From the NCBI RefSeq assembly GCF_964204645.1, contig NC_134027.1, positions 27,743,849 through 27,807,848 on the forward strand: a DNA stretch of 64,000 bases, written 5' to 3'. Source of the DNA: Tubulanus polymorphus (taxonomy: Eukaryota; Animalia; Nemertea). The position numbers and the translations under genes were made by a program. The notes beneath the pieces are model-generated. The model was not told the DNA's origin. It saw only the letters and a program-made list of their open reading frames with translations, and ran no database searches. Of this stretch, positions 50,638-61,818 are shown piece by piece. How positions within the stretch are numbered: the first letter of the stretch is position 1; every line of letters starts with the position of its first letter.

Positions 50638-51729
50638 TCACGTCAAATAATTGATCAGTAAAACTTGTCTAGCTTTTTTTCTAAATGTTTCATTCGTCGC
50701 GCAATAAATAAAGAAATTTGCGGATGAGTCAAAAACACTGAGCAGAATTCCTACTTTACGCATGACCATTTGTTCATCTCCAGATAAACTAAAACTTATT
50801 CCAAACCTAGCACGGAAGAAATTTAACAATCGATCTAAAGATGCCGGTATTTCAAATACAAAATACATCAATACAATTATTAGAACCATTTTTAATATTT
50901 TCAATTCAGCGGATGTATTTTGAGTTTTCTCACTGGTCGCCGCTGTGTCCGTGTGAAGTTGTTTCTCTTGAGTCCGTTTTCTAAATATCATGACTCCAAA
51001 CAAAGTTATATTTAACGCTATCAAGACACTAAAAGGTACAATTACAGTCATGAATATGTAGGTATTAAAAGTGAAGTAGTACGCGTAATTAGGATGATAA
51101 TGAAACACGGTTTTCGATGTTTTAGCTCCAAAAGCTCCCATTGTGAATAATCCCTCTGTACAACGATCTGTTGCCCTTCCGGGTAAATAAAGTGGAAAAT
51201 AATATGGCCAGTTACAAACTGCAGCGAAGAAAGCATTGAAAATCGAAAGAGAAATAATTTGTTTTTTGTTCCAGAATCGTCTAAAATACAGCGGACTCGC
51301 GACAACCAGAAGTCTTTCAAAATTTACAATCACAACGGTCCAATTTCTGGCAGTTTGGAATGTAAAGTATAATGGCAGCGCCCATATTATAATTTCGTGT
51401 CCAAAAAACCAGTCGTCATAACGCCCGAGAATATCGGTGGTTTTGCTTACCTCGATGACAATAATACGAAACGGATAAAGTATAAACACTGAAACAAGAA
51501 ACAGTAAATCAAACCAGGCAAGAATTATAATAGTTCGATAAGTGGAACGACCGATCCTTCTGAATATAACAATAGAAACACAGTTTAGCATCATTCCTAG
51601 AATTGAAGCTGTTGAATATCCGTATTGGTAAATGTTGTAACTAAATAAATGATCCCATCGTTCCGGTGGGGGAACACATTGAGGGGACTCAGTCGTGGTG
51701 GTGGATGTGAGTTGAGACGTAAAATTCAT
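50638..51729 (-). CDS. Intronless rhodopsin-family GPCR, FMRFamide/peptide-receptor-like
   Basis: ATG at 51729 (MNFTSQ..., N-glycosylation sequon), seven hydrophobic segments, GMMLN (TM1), LAWFD (TM2), ARNWTVVIVNFERL (TM3), FEIP (TM6), DSSANFFIY..N..FR (TM7/H8). Confidence 0.88.
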   Translation of the reverse strand: MNFTSQLTSTTTTESPQCVPPPERWDHLFSYNIYQYGYSTASILGMMLNCVSIVIFRRIGRSTYRTIIILAWFDLLFLVSVFILYPFRIIVIEVSKTTDILGRYDDWFFGHEIIIWALPLYFTFQTARNWTVVIVNFERLLVVASPLYFRRFWNKKQIISLSIFNAFFAAVCNWPYYFPLYLPGRATDRCTEGLFTMGAFGAKTSKTVFHYHPNYAYYFTFNTYIFMTVIVPFSVLIALNITLFGVMIFRKRTQEKQLHTDTAATSEKTQNTSAELKILKMVLIIVLMYFVFEIPASLDRLLNFFRARFGISFSLSGDEQMVMRKVGILLSVFDSSANFFIYCATNETFRKKARQVLLINYLT

Positions 51730-52354
51730 ATTTAAACTGCAGTAGCAGCAGCAGCAGCGGCGGCGGCGGCGGCGGTGGCGGCAGCAGCAGCAGCAGCAGC
51801 AACAGCAGCAGTAGCAGCAGCGCGGCAGTAGCAGCAGTAGCAGTAGCAGCAACAGCAGCAGCAACAGCAGCAGCAATCAGCTTCCAGTGAAATAACAAGA
51901 GATACTTCAGATCGCGTTCAACTCTCTTCAATGGTACAATAACACATGTGATACTGCTAGCCTGCTATTATCTATCTACATGTGGTAACACCCATCTACA
52001 CTGTGCAGGAAATTGTCATGCAAGAAACTTTCTGAAATACTTTTTATTCACTAGTCTCCAATAGAATAGATTTGTATATTCGAAAAATAGTAGAATTCAG
52101 TATATTTGAGTCAAGCTATATCAGTGAACTAGTGGAGGTTTCAGGTGACTAGACATTGGAAGCAAATAATAATAAGGTCTCCGTAATGAGTGACTGATGG
52201 TGACTGGTGACGAGTCAGGTGTGGCGACTGTTGACCAGTCAGGTGTGGTGACTGTTGACTAGTCAAGTGTGGTGACTGTTGACCAGTCAGGTGTGGTGAC
52301 TGTTGACTAGTCAGGTGTCCGTCAGGATACCTACGACTTGGGGACGTGACATCC

Positions 52355-52980
52355 TCACAACGATAGAACCTCATCCTCACAACAATAGAACCTCATCCTC
52401 GCAACAATAGAACCTCATCCTCACAACAATAGAACCTCATCCTTACAACAATAGAACCTCATCCTTACAACAATAGTACCTCATCCTAACAACGATAGAA
52501 CCTCATCCTCACAACAATAGAACCTCATCCTCACAACAATAGAACCTCATCCTCACAACAATAGAACCTCATCCTCACAACAATAGAACCTCATCCTTAC
52601 AACAATAGAACCTCATCCTCACAACAATAGAACCTCATCCTCACAACAATAGAACCTCATCCTCACAACAATAGTACCTCATCCTCACAACAATAGAACC
52701 TCATCCTCACAACAATAGAACCTCATCCTTACAACAATAGAACCTCATCCTCGCAACAATAGAACCTCATCCTTACAACAATAGAACCTCATCCTCACAA
52801 CAATAGAACCTCATCCTCACAACAATAGAACCTCATCCTCGCAACAATAGAACCTCATCCTCACAACAATAGAACCTCATCCTCACAACAATAGAACCTC
52901 ATCCTTACAACAATAGAACCTCATCCTCACAACAATAGAACCTCATCCTCGCAACAATAGAACCTCATCCTCACAACAAA
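52355..52980. repeat. 22-bp minisatellite (AACAATAGAACCTCATCCTCAC), ~28 copies
   Basis: Direct observation. Confidence 0.97.
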
Positions 52981-53118
52981 TCACAACTTGTGTATATTAT
53001 TAATAATTATCTATTGAAACATAATTTTATTTTCGATTTAATTTTACACAATTAATCAATAATTGTATACATTTAATTGATCATACATACACACGTACAC
53101 GATATGATGGCAAGTATT

Positions 53119-53228
53119 TCCGAACCTCGCTTACCGAGGTATGACTCTGAACCTCGCTTACCGAGGTATGACTCTGAACCTCGCTTACCGAGGTATGACT
53201 CCGAACCTCGCTTACCGAGGTATGACTC
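53119..53228. repeat. 27-bp tandem repeat x4 (GAACCTCGCTTACCGAGGTATGACTCT)
   Basis: Starts at 53122, 53149, 53176 and 53203. Confidence 0.95.
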
Positions 53229-53345
53229 ATAGAGAGCACAGTTTTTATAATCCCGCATCACGTGATCGACCGCTAACTTTTGTCATCGGCTACAAAAATG
53301 CAATAAACATTTCAAATTTCGAGTTATTTTTAATCAGATTTAACA

Positions 53346-54497
53346 TCAGATACTAATAATCAATATTATATTAATCCCGGTTGAGAAACGCTTACGTTTA
53401 TCTATTGACGTTGATGACGTTGATGATGATGACGTAATAGCAGTAAACGGTAAATGACTGCCAGAGGTGACTACTGTAATAAAAAACAAACAACAAGATG
53501 AATGGTCGATGACGTCATACGCCGACGTTGTGGTGGTACTCGACACGTGAAGAGAGATTTGATTAACATTGTTGAGTTGATTACCAACAATACAAACTAT
53601 AACATTCAATAGACTACGTTGACACAATAGTTCACATCTCGAGACCAAACGTAACAAATACGCGTTATTAATGAACGTCTAATTGAGTGTGTGTACTTAA
53701 CCACTAGGGGGAGCTATGTGTATTTAACCAATAGAGGGAGCTTTGTGTAAACACTACTCGTGTTCGTATTCACTAAGGGTAGCTATGTATGAGTGTATAT
53801 TTACACCACTAGGGGGAGCTATGTGTATTTAACCAATAGAGGGAGCTGTGTGTACTTAACCACTCATGTTCGTATTCACTAAGGGTAGCTGATGTATGAG
53901 TGTGTATTTACACCACTAGGGGGAGCTATGTATGAGTGTGTATTTACACCACTAGGGGGAGTTTACTAACCTGTAAGTTGTGATGTATGATGACGAGTAG
54001 GAATGATGGCTGTAGCCGCTGGCGCCCCCTGGTGATGCGGTATTGTAGTTAGTTTATACGGATGATGATGATGCTGATGATGAATGTCTGTGAAATGTTT
54101 ACTGAATGCTGCAGCTGATACGGGGTAAGGTATAGTCCATCCGGTGCATCTTACAGCAGCTGCAGCGGCAGCAGCAGATGCCGATATTAAATGATGGTTA
54201 TATTGTCCGAATGCCGTATGCATTGTAGGAGTCGGTTTTCTCAGGTAAACCGGAGGAGGACTCCTCCGACTCGGAGGAGGACTATCCGATGTCGCGGTGT
54301 GCGCTAAAGACCAGATTTTAGGTTTAACTACATTTTCAACGGCGGCGGGTTTCGACGGTACTCCGGCTGATCGCGAAGTAATACATTTCATAGTCGGTTC
54401 CGGCGAACTTCTGGGGGAACTATTTTCGAGTGAATTCGGAGATGAAGGTGACGATATTCCCCCGTGATTGTTCGCTGAATCTGTCAATAAAATAAAC

Positions 54498-54544
<47 letters not shown>

Positions 54545-57500
54545 CCGATATCAACAAGAATTATTAAAATATCAATAATACACTTATATCAATAAATACA
54601 AATTATGTAATAATTTTAGTTTTTTTTTGCGTTTGAAAATGAATTATTATCGGCAACTTATTATTTATCTTCATCACCTAAGTCATACATATTTCTATGG
54701 TGGAATGATAATGAAATATATATACGTATTAGAGGAAGAATATTTTAAAATCCTATCAAGATTGATGAACAAAATATGTTTTAAGAGTGTTAAATTCACA
54801 ATGAATAATTTTAACCCCCTCTCTCCCCCTCTCTCAAATATTTATCAAAAATTCCGATTATCGGTTTCAACTAAAACCACCATGAAGAGATTAGAATTCA
54901 AAAACGTGTCGTAAAATCTAAAATCTGAAAAGCGGAAAGTTCGGAATTTTAAAAACTTATTTATCGATGTTTCAGTTTCTTTAGTTTTGATGACAATTAG
55001 TTTTCATTTTGCAAAACTCCACGAATTTGTAACTGTTTAAAGTAAGTCTGAATCCGGAAGAAATAAATGAACGTAAGAAATGGTTGAAGAAATCGATGAT
55101 GTTGATGAGGTATTTTAGAGAGAGACAGATCCCGGCGTCAGTAGGATATGGTTGAACAGAGACTGGTGTCCGGTGATTGACAGTTTACAGTTGGACGGGT
55201 TCAGCTATGCATGTATGTTTGTGCGGGTAATTATGTAAGAACGCTTGATCCTAACACATTTCTCGACTAAACTAAATAGTTAGTTTAAATAGTTAGTTTA
55301 ACTAATTGTTTAACAGTTGTTAACGATGTTACCGTGTAATCCATCTTGTAACATTGTAACAACTGTATATAAACCTCTCCCTCTCAGAGCGCAGACACGC
55401 CGCGGCTGGACAGGTGCGAACAAACCCGAGCTACAAATTACCTGGTAATTTGTTTTTTGAGTTCAGACTGTTGAAAAAACTGTTTCAAATATATTACATC
55501 AGTTCCTATACAAGCGGGTATCATCCTCGCTTACCGGGGTATGGTTGGTAGCTAGCCCTGGCAGGCAAGGTGCGCTGGAAAGAATGTATTAAGCTGGTGC
55601 CTACCTGAACTCGGGGGTACTGTTCCGCTATCCCTTCTATCCGATACCAGACACTCTCCCTCCTCCTCCTCTCCATCGCTTCCAACTTTTATCTCCTCGT
55701 CATCATCATCGTCGTCGTCATCGCAACGGTTGCGTGGCGACCATGTCATTTTATTCTCTTTTTTGAGTCGTCTGCGCGCGTTAGCGAACCAGGTCGACAC
55801 TTGAGTTAGCGTCATTTTAGTAATTATTGCTAACATGATTTTTTCTCCTTTGGTCGGGTAGGGATTTTTGATATGTTCCTGTAACCAGGCTTTCAGTGTA
55901 CTCGTACTTTCTCGTGTGGCATTCTTCCGTCGCGATCCGTTCAAATCCATTCCGTTATATCTGCAAACATACAAATATATCCATTGATTTATCTTCTATA
56001 TCATTATTGTATATTTCGATACTTGATGTATTTTAAAATTGATGTATTAGTGAAACGCGGATAGTTGTTTATAGTTTAACTATAGATTTATTTTTGTTAC
56101 TAATAATTTAGAGAAAGTTCATCAAGTAAATAAGTGAATTAGGTAGATTTCTATATGTTGAAGATTAGCGACGTTTTATGAAGTGATTATTAATATTTTT
56201 TTACAATAGTCAAATCGGTTTGTATTCTCTGATATATACACTTGAATGCACGTGCGCCACTCCACTCGTCGTCTCTATTCGAACTGTTGTGTATAAATAA
56301 GTGTCGTTTCTAGTTCAAAAAGCAATTTAACAAAAATTCATTCGGCTTCGAGTTATCAGCGAGCACAATGATTTTCCGTGATAAAAAACGGGTTTTAGAG
56401 CGGGTGAATTCAAACCTCAGTCGTATTATTATAATACCGGTTCATTTTTTTCTAAATACAAATTACACGAATTACAACACCAGCCCCAGTAGGTATAAAA
56501 ACCGTGTTATAGATGGCGCTTTAAAACTGAATGAAAATTCCAACATGTCGGCGACAATAGTTTAAAGTGTCACTCGACACACACAGCGAAAGAGCTCTAT
56601 TCACTAATGGTTGTTCATTTCACTGCCCAACAAGCACTCTTTATATATTACTGTATACAATCTGCCTCCTAATCTTAGTGCTCACACCCAATTACTGCAC
56701 CTGCGATCCCGACACTGGCGCCCCCTATTACTCACCCCGGATAAGGATATGCGGCCGCCATTGCGGCGGAAGTGTCGTACGGATAACAGGCGACCGGTTG
56801 ATAGATATTTCTCCAAGCAGATTCACCTCCATCTTTAAACGTGGCAGCGGCCGCCGCGTAACCAGAACTCTGAAACATACAGAGAATACAGAATATACAG
56901 AATACAGACAGAATACAGACAGAATATAGAATATACACAATACAGAATACAGACAGAATACAGAATACAGAATATACACAATACAGAATACAGCATACAG
57001 AATATACACAATATACACAATACAGACAAAATACAGAATACAGACAGAATACAGAATAAAGAGAGAATACAGAATATAGAATACAGACAGAATACAGAAT
57101 ACAGATATTTCACTACCAAATCTCTGGTACAGATAAACGGAGAAACGTTTAAAAATTTGCAATATTTGTTTAAATGTAAATAAAGTATTCTGCAGAATGT
57201 TACGTAATATTGATTTCAAAAAACTAAAATTTGAAAGGAAAAAGCCAAAATTGGTCGATAGAGGGCACTCCTATCACCAGCGCCATCTATAAATCTATAC
57301 ACAAGTGCTGGTACGGCGCTGACGGGATCTCTCAGAATCTGCTAACGTCGCGACTTGAATAAAAACCGTTTCAATCAAAATACAAAAATCACAAATTCGG
57401 GATTTCTCTGTATTTCGACTTCCGGTTGAATAGCATTGTTAAACAGGGCATAAAGCGGAATTCAGGGTTGCCATGGTGGCCGTTACATGCTTGTAATTGC

Positions 57501-59481
57501 AAATTTGATCAAATCTTGCAACTTGCTGTCAGAATTCAGGAAGAAATAACAAACTAGTGATTTCTGTTAACACGACTGAATTCATGGTCTGCTGGTTCTT
57601 GAGTTAGACCGCAAACACCGCAGCAATAGCGCACCAGCCGATCGGTTTGTTACAACAACAGTCGCCGAAACTTTTCATTCTTAAATATTCTTAAATACTA
57701 CACGAAAAAAACACAGTTGAATTCACGGGGTAAACATTGATATTGAGAAATGATTGATTGATTCACGATACAGAGAGAGAGAGCAGACGTGTTCTATATT
57801 GACTTATACTATCAGTGACACTGACGGCGGTCGGTCACAGTCATATCTACAACTAATGATTAATTTATGGCCTTTAACATCGTCGCATATTCCTTATAAA
57901 TATCAAAGAAACACTCGTCAAAACTGACTGTTTACATACAACTTTAAACACAGTTAAAATACAAATAATTTCAAAGGTTATATTTGACGAAACACCTTCC
58001 TTATAAAACTGGTCTCAAATAAAGAGTGAATTTTCTATGTTCTCTAAATAGGTGATTGATTATGACAACGTGATAACCGTTAGCAACTATGTAACGGCGC
58101 GCATTGTTGACGGTTCATCAGATGAGATTTAAATATCGACTATGACGTCATTAAAATCTAATTAATCATGTGACATCTTTCCGAATTTAACCGTCTTTTA
58201 ACACGTGATTTGTCACGACTCGAACGCCTCGGTTTCGTGTGGAGAGAAATAGAATATAATCACTTACCAGGGACGAGTATAAAGCCGGGTCTATGTACGC
58301 AGCGCCCCCTGGTGGCGTGTAAACGGCATCCGTAAGCGCGGTGACTCTCGGGAATATGGAGGTCGGAGTGCAGGAACATACACCGGTAAGAGGGTCGGTG
58401 ATGACAGGTCGACCCCCTTCACAACACGTGGTAGAGACACTACTCACCGCGGCCGGGACCGGGGGTGTCGCCAATATCTACAAAATAGATATTACAACAA
58501 AATACATAATTCTAGTTCGACCAGTGGCACGTGAGGTTGTTCAACTTTCTCAACTAAAACTCACTGACGCGGAAAATAAAATGATTTATGAGATTTAAAA
58601 AAAACTTGTTCTTTTTTTTCAACGTGTAACAAATAAAAACGTGACATTTTAGTAAAATCTAGTCGCATGTACGATCAGTATTATAGACTCATATATCATA
58701 GTGAATGAATTCGAACCCGGGTCATCCGTGAATTGATAACCACTAACGACCATTGATCAATGTAATATTATACGATAAACCTAAAATGTATCAGATAAAC
58801 TTCACGAATGACAAGATATTTAATGGTTATTGATAGTGATTTTGATAAGTGTAGTTATTGTAAGGTTGATCGTTCATACAATTTTATTGCCCTAACGACG
58901 CAGTTAAACTAAACAAACGATTTCAATCTTTAGAATAAAACACAAACCATGTCTTACAGAAAACAGAAATGCAAATCATTTATGAGAGTGTGTTATAACC
59001 TGGTTAACCGAATCAGTAAATCTTAAAAAACGAAAAGTAACTCGAAGATAAAAACCGGATTTTGTAAAAAAATAGCTCGCAAACTTTTGATAGAATTAGG
59101 TTTACCTTTAAATTAGGACCGGGCGTCCATAAGCGCCTATACGTAACTCACTGAATGCCCAGTTCTACTGTAAGTCGGGTTTAAGTTCGGAACTTGGGTT
59201 AAATTCAGTACATTTCAATGCAATCATGTTTAACAGTCGAACCGGATATAGTTTTTAAGTTCTCTGTTTAGATTTGTTTATTTATATTTGCTAAAGATTC
59301 ATTTAGTTTGCGCGTATTTACAAATCAGATTTAGTTCTTAAAAGGATTATCCTACAGTTAATCTAAGATTATCAGTAAAATGTGACTGAAGCCGTTAACT
59401 AACCTGTGGTCTTGGAGCATTAGGAGGAACTGGTAACGATACTGTCGACATGTTATATCCAGATATCTGCGAAAACGACAT
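53346..59481 (-). CDS. Irx: Iroquois-class TALE homeodomain transcription factor
   Basis: Exons 59481-59404 (MSFSQISGY), 58477-58268 ([19 protein letters not shown]), 56869-56736, 55960-55605 (homeodomain [64 protein letters not shown] plus acidic tract), 54480-53971 (IRO box KPKIWSLA) and a tentative last exon 53473-53346. Confidence 0.96.
53686..53962. repeat. Intronic repeat with CCACTAGGGGGAGC units (CTCF-motif-like)
   Basis: Copies at 53701, 53806, 53913 and 53949, plus CCAATAGAGGGAGC variants. Confidence 0.8.
56876..57106. repeat. Low-complexity (CAGAATA)n repeat abutting an Irx acceptor
   Basis: Direct observation; explains ORFs 56728-57219. Confidence 0.9.
58299..58317 (-). promoter_or_regulatory. 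Consensus-quality CTCF motif inside Irx coding exon 2
   Basis: Reverse complement CGCCACCAGGGGGCGCTGC matches the CCASYAGRKGGCRS core; binding untested. Confidence 0.5.
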
Positions 59482-60122
59482 AGTTCAAAAACATCGGAAT
59501 ATATTCCTCAACAACTCGCTAACTAGCCCTCTAAAACTTCTTCTACCTGTGAAATATCTCCACTTATACAAACCTGCTCTTCATCGCTATTGGCGGGAAT
59601 ATTGAACAAGAGGCGTGGCTACGGCTTGTCAATCACGATAACGTATCGTCATGTTCAGTAAAACGGTACAATATTGACATTGTATTGTGTGAACAGACCA
59701 CGCCTACCGCGAACTAGCTGTTTGACACCGTGTCTGTGTCTGTGTCTGTCTGTGTATGAAGTTTATCTATGTCGATTTATCAACAAAAAAACTAGATTTC
59801 TATTCGCGATAGAATTCTCCGCCATTTCAACAAACAAAATGACCATTGATGGATGAAACACTTCGAGTCCATGTTGACAAGATACCACGATAAGAAATAA
59901 AAAAGTGTCTGAAATGTTTACAGTTTATTCAACGTTTCGACTTTATCCTTATATTCGTCAATAATCAGTTATCCAGGGTTGTATTTAGCAGGAGGGGGTA
60001 GGCAGGGGCTTAGCCGGGGTTAACTTAGGAAAAGTGCCCTTTGCAAGTATTATCGTTCCTACAAAATTGCCCTTTTTCGGGGTTTTCTGCCCCCAAAATT
60101 CAAATGCTAGGTGTACGGCCCT

Positions 60123-60601
60123 GTATTCCTGAAGATGACTATTAGGATATAGTCGAAACGTTGAATAAACTACACTAGCTCAAGGAATACAGTATTCCTG
60201 AAGATGACTATTAGGATATAGTCGAAACGTTGAATAAACTACACTAGCTCAAGGAATACAGTATTCCTGAAGATGACTATTCGGATAAAGTCGAAACGTT
60301 GAATAAACTACACTAGCTCAAGGAATACAGTATTCCTGAAGATGACTATTAGGATATAGTCGAAACGTTGAATAAACTACACTAGCTCAAGGAATACAGT
60401 ATTCCTGAAGATGACTATTAGGATATAGTCTAAACGTTGAATAAACTACACTAGCTCAAGGAATACAGTATTCCTGAAGATGACTATTCGGATAAAGTCG
60501 AAACGTTGAATAAACTACACTAGCTCAAGGAATACAGTATTCCTGAAGATGACTATTAGGATATAGTCGAAACGTTGAATAAACTACACTAGCTCAAGGA
60601 A
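60123..60601 (+). ncRNA. Tandem array of seven 69-bp units, each with a minimal type I hammerhead ribozyme motif
   Basis: Units start at 60123, 60192, 60261, 60330, 60399, 60468 and 60537. Unit 1: TATTC(60124)-CTGAAGA-T-GACTAT-TAGGAT-ATAGTC-GAAA-C-GTT-GAATA(60167). Confidence 0.75.
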
Positions 60602-61818
60602 ACATTTTAAACTTGAGAATAGGTTATTCATGCTCAGTAGGCCCGGATTTCGGGTTATTTTTACAATCTGTGCTTCTACTTAATTTTGAAATGATCACAT
60701 TTTTTTCGAATTTAGGATTATTCAACAAATGTCACGTGACGCCATTAGACTATAGTGTCAACAACCGATGATCACGCAGCGCCAGAATCTGACTGCGGCA
60801 AGTGACCTACCAGACTGACCAGTCATTGAATTAGTAATTAGGCGGCGTCGTTAATTACTATCAACGACCTCTTAATTAGCGTTAATTACCAATTAATTAG
60901 ACTTAATTTATGGGTAATTAAATAATCAAACGCAATCAGGTGCGCGATTTATACAAACATATTACCCGTTAAAAACTGATTCTAAACAAGTGTCAAATAT
61001 TGATTACTGGTAGAATTCACAGACTGCGACTAGTGCGCCATCTATGCGGATATGCGATAACTAAACGGTCACCTCGGGCTCGACATTCGCCGAGTTATCA
61101 AATCATTATTAATCCGTTAATCTGTTTAGATTAATCCGATAACTGTGAACAGATGGACAATTTTCTTCTTTTTAATGCTTATTTTGTATCTATTAAATAA
61201 TTAAAACGCAACATTCGTTTAGATTGTTAGAACTTCCATTCATTTCTGGTTGTATCTCACGTGAAGTTCCACAGTTCCACCACAGTTCCACCACAGTTCC
61301 ACCACAGTTCCACCACAGTTCCACCGTGTGTTGGGGCTTCTCTTCGTTGTCTCTTACTCATCCCTAAATTTCAAGTGGATCCAATTTTTGTCAATTATTT
61401 TTATTCGATCTTGTAACTAAGATGTTACCAGGCAATACGCATGCGCGCGTGTTTCTAAAGTAAAGGAATTCACGTAATATCATAATCAATATGTCTAAAT
61501 CTGATACAGGAGTTATTGGACAGCTGCTGGTGTGAGCGGCACTGGCGGGAACCCCTGTCGTTCCCAGGGGGGGGGGGGGGTTATTTAGATGTCTTATATT
61601 GATATATCCTTCATTTATAAACAAACACTGACAAAGACTTCTCATTGTTATATAGAATACAACCATACAAAACGTATACATTTATTCAAAAACATTTAAT
61701 TATTAATTCACAACAATAAAAACAGTTATAAAATCTTCATACGTAGCACCACGTGACGTGCATAACTTATTTGAACTTCCCTGAATATAATCCGTTTAAA
61801 TAAATATACATTTCTCTT

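Noticed and set aside
51730-51876. Poly-Leu/Cys/Arg N-terminal extension of the GPCR ORF
   Set aside because: Non-ATG start inside a CTG/CCG microsatellite; the ATG at 51729 follows a plausible acceptor.
60123-60601. CRISPR-like array
   Set aside because: Units are contiguous near-identical copies with no unique spacers, there are no cas genes, and the context is eukaryotic.
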